DNA of 64,000 bases, from contig SMSO01000031.1 in assembly GCA_004764695.1 (NCBI GenBank), forward strand, positions 2,580,436 through 2,644,435, given 5' to 3'. How positions within the stretch are numbered: the first letter of the stretch is position 1; each line of letters opens with the position of its first letter. The translations under genes and the position numbers were made by a program. Of the stretch, positions 1 to 9,170 are shown piece by piece. Source of the stretch: Schizochytrium sp. TIO01. Taxonomy: Eukaryota; Protista; Bigyra: Labyrinthulomycetes. A model generated the notes under the pieces. That model worked only from the letters and a program-made list of their open reading frames with translations. It searched no databases and was not told where the DNA came from.

Positions 1-60
1 GGCGTCCACAGTCCTGTCCTTTCTGTATGTCTTCTTTGGCATAACCGCCTGTGCGTTCAT
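1..60 (-). CDS. Possible 5' end of a divergently transcribed gene running off the window (MNAQAVMPKKTYRKDRTVDA...)
   Basis: ATG at 60-58 on the minus strand, open to the window edge. It is preceded by a candidate 5'-UTR intron and an initiator-like TCATTC (196-191). Only 20 codons are visible, with no recognisable homology. Confidence 0.3.
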   Translation of the reverse strand, partial: MNAQAVMPKKTYRKDRTVDA

Positions 61-79
61 GCTAGCCTCGCAGGATCAT

Positions 80-156
80 CTTGAGGTGCAAGGTGACAAA
101 CAGAAGGAAAGTGGTTGGGCGGCTAAACTTTCTTTCTATTTTTTGTTGCTACTTAC
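80..156 (-). other. Candidate 5'-UTR spliceosomal intron of the divergent gene
   Basis: Minus strand reads AG|GTAAGT at 156-151, then a pyrimidine tract (CTTTCCTTCTGTTTGTCACCTTGCACCTC) and the first AG at 81-80. An alternative TAG acceptor lies just before the ATG at 60. Confidence 0.35.
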
Positions 157-297
157 CTAGGTAGTGTTTAGTACTATGAACCTATCGATTGAATGACTCT
201 CGTTCGTGGACGGAAAAGAAAGCGAGTTGCAGAGCAGACCCTTTTCACGCTCGCTCGACCTCCGTTCCGGCGCGAGTCGATCCCTGTTTCTGCCACC

Positions 298-3200
298 ATG
301 TCGTCCCCTTCTGAGGGCGTTCCGCCTCCCGGCGCCTTCCCTCGCCGTGACCGTATTCGCAAGATCGAGCAGGAGATGCAGGCCCTTTGGGAAAGCGAGC
401 GCGCCTTCGAGGCCGATGTGAACCCTGGCCAGCCCAAGTATCTCATCACCTTCCCTTACCCTTACTGTAACGCTCGTGCCCATCTCGGCCATGCTTTTAC
501 GCTCTCCAAGGCCGAGTTTGCTGCTGGTTACAAGACTACCCAGGGTTTCAACGTTTGCTGGCCGTTCGGTCTCCATGTGACTGGATCTCCCATCCAGTCT
601 GCTGCTTTCAAGCTCAAGGCAGAGATGGAGAAGTACGGTGTTCCCGTTCGCGTCCCTGAGGATGATGGCGAGGACGAGGCCGAGGCTGTTGAGAAGGACG
701 CTACTGCAGATGTTGGCAAGTTCAAGGCAAAGAAGACCAAGGCTAACCAGAAGTCTGGAGGTCGCGCTAAAACTCAATGGGAGATTCTTGTGATGTCCGG
801 TGTACCTGAGTCCGAGATCCCCAAGTTCGCCGATCCCTTGTACTGGCTTGACTACTTCCCTCGTCTCTACGAGTCTGACCTCAAGTTGTTTGGTGCTCGC
901 GTTGACTGGCGCAGATCTTTCATCACAACTGCTGAGAACCCGTTTTACGACGCTTTCATCCGTTGGCAGTTCTTGCGTCTGCGGGACGCTGGTAAGATCG
1001 CCTTCGGTCGCCGCCCTACGGTCTTCTCGCCGCTTGACAAGCAAGCCTGTGCTGACCACGATCGTAGCAAGGGTGAGAACGTTGGCCCCCAGGAGTACAT
1101 GCTTGTTAAGCTTAAGGTCCTTGAGGCACCGACCTCTGTCACAGAGCGCATCCCTCAGATCGCTGACCCTATCAACAACGGAGAGGTCTTTATGGTTGCA
1201 GCAACTCTCCGTCCTGAGACCATGTACGGACAAACAAACTGCTATGTTCTTCCTTCTGGAGAATACGGCGTCTACGAGTTTGATGTTCTTCACTCCGCTA
1301 ACTCTCAGGAACGTGTGCGTCAGTACCTCATCTGCGCACCGAGAGCTGCCCGCAACATGTCATACCAGGATGCTTTCGTGCCTGCTGAGCAGCAGGGCGA
1401 GCTCAAGCTTTTGGGCATGATTTCTGGCAAGGAGCTTGTCGGAGTTCCTGTCAAGGCCCCCAAGGCAAAATACGAACGCGTGTACACCCTTCCCCTCTTG
1501 TCGATCTCCATGAACAAGGGAACTGGTGTTGTGACCTCTGTGCCTTCGGACAGTGCTGATGACTACGCTGCTCTTCGTGACTGGAAGACCGATGAGAAGC
1601 TTCGTGCTAAGTACGGAGTTACCGAGGAGATGGTTGCGCCCTTTGATATTGTGCCTGTGATCAACATTCCGGGACTTGGCGACCGTGCAGCAGAGGTCAT
1701 GGTTGAGAAACTGAAGATCAAGTCGCAGAATGATGAGAAGAAGCTCAAGGAGGCTAAGGCGGAGACATACAAGCGTGGCTTCTATGAGGGTATCATGATC
1801 GCTGGTAAGGAGGATGGCGTTGAGGGAATGAAGGTTGCTGAGGCCAAGGATGTTGTCAAGGCCAAGATGTGTGAGGATAACGAGGCCATTATCTACTTCG
1901 AGCCGGAGAGCGAGGTTGTCAGCCGCTCTGGTGACGAGTGTGTTGTGGCACACCTCGATCAGTGGTTCCTTAAGTATGGTGAGGAGGAATGGCGCGAGAA
2001 GGTGAAGGACTACGTCCGTGACCCGGCCACTTTTGAGACCTACACCCCGGCCACTCGCAAGGCCTTTATGGAGACTCTTGACTGGCTTCAGGAGTGGGCA
2101 TGCTCTCGCTCCTTTGGCCTTGGCACGCTCGTGCCTTGGGACAAGCAGTTTGTCATTGAGTCCCTCTCTGACTCGACCATCTACATGGCGTACTACACCA
2201 TCTCCCACCTTCTTCAGGGTCGCAAGGACAGCAATGACTACACCGGTGACCATGGCAAGGGATCTCCTCTGGGCATCACCCCGGAGCAGTGCACTCCCGA
2301 AGTCTTCGACTACATCTTCCTCGGCAAGGACTACCCTGCCGACTGCGGTATTGAGGAGGATAAGCTCAAGCAGATGCGCGAGAGCTTCGAGTACTGGTAC
2401 CCGCTTGACCTTCGTGTGTCTGGTCGCGATTTGATTCGTAACCACTTGACCCAATCTTTGTACAACCACGCAGCCATCTGGCCCAACCAACAGGACAAGT
2501 GGCCCCAGAGCTACTACTGCAACGGTACGTGTAAATTGAATACTTGTTTATTAATGTGTTAATGCGGCTGGAGGACACGAGTGTGAATTTTAAAAGAGAG
2601 AAAGAAATAAGAGAGATAGAGAGAGGAATAGATTGTGTGGTTATACATCTGTTTGTACATTGTAATCGGCAGAGCTGCCTTGTCCAAACGTGAATTGGCC
2701 AGATTCTTTCGGGGATTTTGCTTTTTTCCTGTAACATGCATCGTGCAGAGCGTCATTTTCATGGTTCTCTGTGTGATGGTCGGTATTCATATCGTTGGGT
2801 TTTCCAACACCTTGAAAGCGCCGGCTTTGGATATAGGTGGTACAGCACATGGGCAAATTTTCTGCCTCTGTGCTGTTCACTCGCAAAGAAGTGGGTGCCG
2901 GAGATTAATTTAGAGCATCATAGTACTCATCGTGGGAGGCATCCTTAGATGTCTTGGCAGTCCGCTTTGGGTCTCCTATAGCTCAGACATTCCTTTGTGC
3001 TCTGGTCAAATATATTATTTACTTATCAATGAGAGGAGATGTGGGAGGAGTCTTGTTTATCCATCAACTTCTTTTAATGGATCTGGCTGGGCAAACATAG
3101 TTGAGTGCGACCGGGGTGGATAATATGGTGAATGTTCCATTCTTTCGTCAAAATATCGACAATTAAACGGAAAACTGACGTCTTGTGTGATTAAAAATAA

Positions 3201-4404
3201 ACGTAACGCGCTGATTTGTCAACACGAATAAATCTCTATTGCTGCTGTTGATATTTGCTCCTTTCAATTAAATGAAACAGGTTTCGTCCAGGTCGAGAAC
3301 GAGAAGATGTCCAAGTCCAAGGGTAACTTCTTCACGATTGAGGAGTCTGTGGCTGGCCACCGCACCTTCGAGCAGGATGGCAAGCCCATCTTGGTTGGTT
3401 GGACTGCCGATGCCACCCGTCTCGCTCTTGCTGCCGCTGGTGATTCTCTTGACGATGCTAACTTCTCTTGTGAGGTGGCTGATAAGTCAATTCTCCGTCT
3501 TACCACCGAGTTGGACTGGGCTGAGGAGGTCCTTGGTGAGGAGGCACAGTCCAAGATGCGTGACTGCCCTCCGGAGGAGTACAACTTCTTTGAACGTGCT
3601 TTTAACGCCCAGATGAACCTTGCTGTTGAGGAGTGCAAGAACGCTTATGAAGCCATGCGCTACCGTGACGTCGTGCGTACTGCTTTCTATGACTTTATGA
3701 GCTTTCGTGATGCCTACCGTGATGCTTGCGTGCGTCAAAACCTCCCGCTTCACCGCGACCTTGTGCGTAAGTACTTTGAGACTCAGTGTGTCATGATGGC
3801 CCCGGTCTGCCCGCACGTGTTTGAGAAGATCTGGCGCGAGGACCTCGGTAAGACTTCCTTCGTTGTGAAGGAGCTCTGGCCCAAGGTTGAGCAGCCTGAT
3901 ATTGCTTTTGTCCGCAGTGTCAAGTACATGGACGACACCATTCGTGCGTGCCGTGTGAAGGTCGAGAAGGAGATTAAGCAGCGCAAGAAGAAGAACGCTG
4001 CCAACGCTGATGAGCCCATCAAGATTGTTGATATTATCATTACCCAGACTTACCCTGCTCACCAGCGTCGCGTGATTGAGTTCTTGGCGGAGAAGTACGA
4101 CAAGGCCTCTGAATCATTCCCTGATGATATCATGAAGCAGCTTAAGGATCTCTCCAAGAGTGATGACCTCATCAAGAAGCACATGAAGGAGGCCATGAAG
4201 ACTGCTGCTATGACTATTCAGAGCGCACAGGACCTGGGCGAGCAGGCCCTTGAGCTCAACGTCCCCTATGACCAGCGTGCTGTCCTCGAGGACAACCGCG
4301 AGTATGTGACCTCTGCTATGGGTATGGACTCTTTCAACATTGTTGATGCTGATCCTTCTGATGAGAACTGCACCCCCGGCAACCCCCGTATGGAGTTCCC
4401 TTAA
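298..4404 (+). CDS. LARS1: Leucyl-tRNA synthetase, cytoplasmic (eukaryotic/archaeal type); two exons, join(298..2524,3281..4404), 1116 aa
   Basis: Start in GCCACCATG context at 298. Class Ia HIGH region PYPYCNARAHLGH; DWRRSFITT; CP1 editing motifs ATLRPETMYGQTN and GTGVVTSVPSDSADD; WACSRSFGLG; IESLSDSTIYMAYYT. KMSKS is brought into frame after splicing (..YCNG|FVQVENEKMSKSKGNF). Strong codon bias. Confidence 0.97.
2525..3280 (+). other. Spliceosomal intron of LeuRS (756 nt, phase 1)
   Basis: G|GTACGT donor at 2525 and ACAG| acceptor at 3280. Removal joins the 789-aa and 365-aa ORFs in frame with expected LeuRS residues across the junction. Confidence 0.93.
2739..2992 (+). ncRNA. Candidate intron-encoded structured RNA (H/ACA snoRNA-like)
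   Basis: Consecutive G-U-rich hairpins at 2739-2778, 2779-2825, 2836-2881 and 2913-2984. ANANNA box (AGATTA) at 2902-2907 and ACA at 2987-2989 just after the last stem. No rRNA target could be assigned by eye. Confidence 0.4.
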
Positions 4405-7400
4405 TCATAAATTAGATACATTACACAGAGATCTCATTTACAGTTGTTTGATTTGATACTGTCACCTGTTGTTTTGTTGAGAAATAAAAGCACCCAAGTA
4501 TTCAACAATTTAGATTCTCGCTTCTTAGTTAATATTATTCGTCTTTCGGCTTTGGCCAATGAGTTTCCATATGAATTCTACACATCATTTGTTTCACGCA
4601 AACATGGACTCTTGGATCGATTAGTTTCACTCGAACAATTCTATCCACGGGTCTGTATTCTAGTGCTTACTTTAAGATATCCCACGCGATTGTGTGAGAC
4701 TATGATAACTTCAAAAACACATGAGTGAATTTCTCCCCACCCTCAAAGCTTTTAAAAAGATGAATATTCCATCCAGCCAAGTTCAAGTCAGAACAGGAAT
4801 CTAATAGTAAATGTTCTGTTTCAAGAGCTACGGGTGGAGGGAGGCCTAAATCTGGCTCATGGATACAATAAAGACATCTCAATTACATCTTGCAAAGTAA
4901 AAATATAGTATCTCTGACATCCTATCGAAACTTTAGCAAAATAATTAAAAGCAGAATAGTGATGTAACGCAAAGTTGTTCATCAATGATGCTGATTTTGA
5001 GTAGAAACCATCCATCGTATGATTGCGTTTTATCTCTATATAGTATGTCTGCGAATGCTGAGTGAGCTCACTGTCAGATTCGGACACATGGAATTTTGTA
5101 TTTCCTGTCGTACACTCTTGTTGCTCACCCTACCCGTTTCGAGATTTCGAGAGTGATACGATTGCTCGTTATTGCATAAAGGAATTTTCATAAGATCTGT
5201 GCAAACCGTTTCACACACACTAAATAAGCTTGTTTGTGTGCGACTATTCCTGAATTAGTGACGTTCGCTTCCTTCAGCAGGCCGATTGAATACGAGAAAC
5301 CAACACTCAAGGATCGCACCACATATATACTCCGTATTATATTTTAACTCAGAAGTTTTCTGTTGTGCCACTTACAGAAAGGAAATGGCATTTCGTCAGC
5401 ACGCAGAATTGTGCTCTGTTGGCAACAAAATCGCTCGATTCAGATAAATTTAAGTTGTTAATTTGGTGGCTTGCAATCATAAAGCCAAACTTGATTATGT
5501 GTTGTAACTATGGTATCGCAAGGATCTTGAAGCTGGAGAGATACAAAGGATATGACATGGCCCGACCGCAGTATGCATTAAAGAAGGTCAACACGCATTA
5601 TTGTTATCCGATTTCAACACTTGCCAATAAGCCCCTTACGCGTAGCTAAAACTCACAAACCTGAGAACCTTTACACTGTGAGATTTTCTCCTTTTTTCAG
5701 CGCTTTGATTGCCCTACTTCATTTTATTAGGTATCAGCCCGATCAAAGCTTAGGTTTCTTCTACTCTTCCGTAAAACTAGCACACCTCGTTCGCCATGCA
5801 AATTATGCAGATCGGGCCCCAATTTCGCAACCTGTCGCTTTCCCCCAAAGTGTCACTGCTATTGTTGATAGTAGCAGACTTCTTTGGGCTTGGTCTGCCA
5901 ATAGTTTCTGAGATTCGCTCCATTTGCTCGCTCACTCTTGGAAGCGACCCCATTCGCAACCAGCCAATCAATAACTTAATTAGTAATTCGATGTAATCTA
6001 GTCTAGTTAGGTATTGAGAATAGGCTAGGAGAAGAATGTGTTCGGTATTTTGAGGGAAGCTTGAAAAGACCTCCTCCTTCGTCTTCTCCTCCTCCTCCTT
6101 CTTATTGTATGTTCAAGATTGTTCTGCCATCCACTGCGAATTTGTTTTCTTTCAAGTCGTTTAGTTTTTCAATTTTTTCAAAAGTAACAAGTCGTTGGTT
6201 CCTTAAGCACAAGCATAAAGTAATAGTACCTCCATACTATATATGCTAGTATTCTTTTCAATCTTTTAAAAATTTCGGCTACTCTGAATTCTCGCGAGAT
6301 TCTTCTAGTAATCATTAATCAATACGTCTCGCCTTTTCCTCCTTTTCTTTGGCGTGCAAGAGCCTCATGAACGATCTCGAGATCGCCGCACACGCCCGCT
6401 CTGTGCTAAAAAATCTCGAAGCACGCTTGGGCTCGCATCAGTTTCCTTCGCGAGATTCTAGATTTCATAGCTCCATCTTGCTACCCATGGCGATGAGCCA
6501 GTCAAAAAATTGGTCTCCAGCCTTCTTTTGCACGACGATGCGAAGTAATAGTAACTCGAAAGAAGCGAGCCAGACTCTTAAAACTGGTCGAAGTTAGAGA
6601 TCCAACATGTCGTCATTTCTAAAGTGTCGTCACAAATTGACAGACATAGAGGAAATCGACAAACTCGCTCCCACCTAATGAAAGCCTAGGCACTTTGTCA
6701 AGTCTTTTAATTATACATTAAAAAAACAACCATAATTAAAACCTACTACTAAGATTAAACTCCTAAGCTACGTTATGAGATGTCAAGGCCAGCTTTATGG
6801 GACTTCCTTCGTTATGCCTTGCGTTTAGGTTTCGCATCGTTTTGTGCTGTTTTAAAATGAATCTCTCAGAAATTTAATTTTCTCTGTTACTGCCACCAAT
6901 GTTGTTCTGTTCTGGGCAATCTAACTCCTTCTTTTAAAAGCGTGCCTGTCAGCTTGGTATAAGTTCTCTTCCTGTAAATAACCTCTGCCTTCTGCCTTCT
7001 GTTTTCTATTCTTTCATGCCACTCCCGAAACTTGGTAGGTAATAGTAGCTCGTTCCCTGACTCATGTGATTACAAGATGGATAGATTACGCGCAGACATG
7101 GGTACAATCAGATAAACAAAGACTGATCCATCGAAGGTTCTTGAGAGGAGTAGAATTGTGTCTAAACGGGTTGTCCCAATCTGACACATTATAGGAGCTT
7201 TGAGCTGTTGTTGGTCAGCCCACCCATCCGGATCATCTTACATATGCTAATTTCCTCCTCCCCAGGCCGTTCGAGTAAGCTTCTGTCTCGTACGAAGTTC
7301 ATTCAGGGCGTTTGTTTCCGTCTGCCCCAACAAGGCCGGCCCAGGTGAAAGAAAGGACTGTCAATCGATTGATTGATCAATGATCGAGAGCCCCGTTTAG

Positions 7401-7510
7401 CAGAGTCTTTTAATTGTGCTTCTCCTGACCAGCAAACCGTCCACTGACTCAAAGACACGAAGCAGAAGCGAACTCTACTGCATCTTTAGCTCACGCCAAG
7501 TTGAGCGTGT

Positions 7511-7760
7511 TGAGTTGAGTTGAGTTGAGTTGAGTTGAGTTGAGTTGAGTTGAGTTGAGTTGAGTTGAGTTGAGTTGAGTTGAGTTGAGTTGAGTTGAGT
7601 TGAGTTGAGTTGAGTTGAGTTGAGTTGAGTTGAGTTGAGTTGAGTTGAGTTGAGTTGAGTTGAGTTGAGTTGAGTTGAGTTGAGTTGAGTTGAGTTGAGT
7701 TGAGTTGAGTTGAGTTGAGCTGAGCTGAGCTGAGCTGAGCTGAGCTGAGCTGAGTTGAGC
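7511..7760. repeat. Pentanucleotide microsatellite (TGAGT)41(TGAGC)7 TGAGT TGAGC
   Basis: 50 tandem 5-bp units read directly; source of the spurious STQLN-repeat ORFs. Confidence 0.98.
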
Positions 7761-8480
7761 AGCCGGCCCCACCGCACTTAATTCCAAACCGCTTGCACAA
7801 GACGGTGCCGGGGACCAGCTCGTCTGCTTCCTCCAGACCAACTTGAAGTATTGGTAAGCAACTGCGCTTTTGGACTAAGCTACTCAACGTCGAGCAAGTC
7901 AGAGCTCGAGCATATACGATCTGAAAACGCATTCAATTTCTTCTAAATAAAGTAGGGAGCTCCGAATTCCCGCAAGAATTCTCGACACTTCTCTTACCTC
8001 CGCTGGGATATGATTATTTCTGAGGCGCCACAAACTCGTTTTCGTATGTCTGCTCAGGAGACTGCAGCATTTCCCCTGTTTTGCATTGCGTTCGTTCGAT
8101 GCCTAGTTCTCCCTCAGCTGCCGTCGCTCCTCGTGCCGAAAGCGTGTGGCGAGACTTTTTTTCATGAGTTCTTGAGTCCTTGAATTCAAAGGATCTAATT
8201 CGATTTTTCCAGCGACTCGCGAACTCGCGCCAAAAGCTCAACCAACAGCTGCCTTTCAAGAAAACTGCTCTTCTAGAGGTTTTAGCTACACACGCACACA
8301 GTTCAAAACGCCACGATTTAGCGTGCCTTCGTGTGGAGTGGAAGCAGAGAGAGACTAGAAACCACGAGGAGAGGAAGAAAACGCACACGGAAAGAAAAGA
8401 AAGACAAAATAATTAAACAGACCAAACAAGAGACGACGCCTAGCCCCTCCTCTCCTTTTCGTAGCACAAGTAGGTTTGTA

Positions 8481-9170
8481 GTTTTTAGATTTTTTCTTCC
8501 TGCTCCGAAAGTTGAAAGGCTTATTCTTTTTAAAGGGAGGGAAAGAACGTTCACAATAGTAAATAATAAAGTATTCTGATTAGTTTTTAAATTAATTAAG
8601 AAGAACTTTGACTTTAGAATGAAATAAAATAAAACATTCACTCGAAGAAAAGAACAGCTGTTAAAAATTGGTTTTTAGTTTTCTTCCTGCTCTGGAAGGA
8701 GAGGATGACAGCAACAGAACTTCAATATTTTAAAATACCTTTCACAGAAAGAACGCTTTTAAAGTCAATAACATTATGATGTTCAAGAAAGGAACACGCA
8801 AGTTTTAGTTTAAGTAATGAAACAAAACGAAATAAAATATTTTGAATTTTATGCAAGATTTTATCTGATGATAGAGAAGAACAGCTGCTAGTGGTTTGCC
8901 GCTTTAGAACGTTCCAGTTTATTTCAAACTTGGATCTAAAACCTGACTTATTATTATTTTATTCGCCGAATCAAATTAAAAACAAACAATACAAAATAAA
9001 TAGAACATCGAAAGAGCTCATTTTTTTATTTTTTATTTTTTAAAACTAGAATAAGACGAGAACCATGAACCAAAACATAGGCGAAGTGGGAAAAAGCGTT
9101 CTAATAAACATATCGTTTATACTTCTTTAATAAAAAGAGCATCTCCTTTCTCCCGTTCTGTTCCCAACCT
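8481..9170. promoter_or_regulatory. AT-rich island with dense AGAAC/GTTCT motifs and a degenerate ~200-bp tandem duplication
   Basis: About 10 AGAAC/GTTCT in ~650 bp. Landmarks GTTTTTAG..TTTTCTTCCTGCTC (8481, 8671) and AAGAACAGCTG (8650, 8877) are repeated. Regulatory role is inference. Confidence 0.4.

Noticed and set aside
2525-2562. C-terminus TCKLNTCLLMC of the 789-aa ORF, and treating 3307..4404 as a separate gene
   Set aside because: Intron read-through; splicing 2525-3280 restores one LeuRS.
2890-3130. TPP riboswitch, U17/snR30, RNase P/MRP or telomerase RNA identity for the intronic structure
   Set aside because: Diagnostic motifs (TPP CUGAGA/GAUAAUACC arrangement, U17 m1/m2, P4 CR-I/CR-V, telomeric template) not found.
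157-4062. Long antisense ORFs (157..1293, 1360..2490, 3487..4062) and off-frame sense ORFs over LeuRS
   Set aside because: Shadow frames caused by the strong codon bias of the LeuRS CDS; no recognisable motifs.
7475-7932. STQLN-repeat ORFs
   Set aside because: Translations of the pentanucleotide microsatellite in all three frames.
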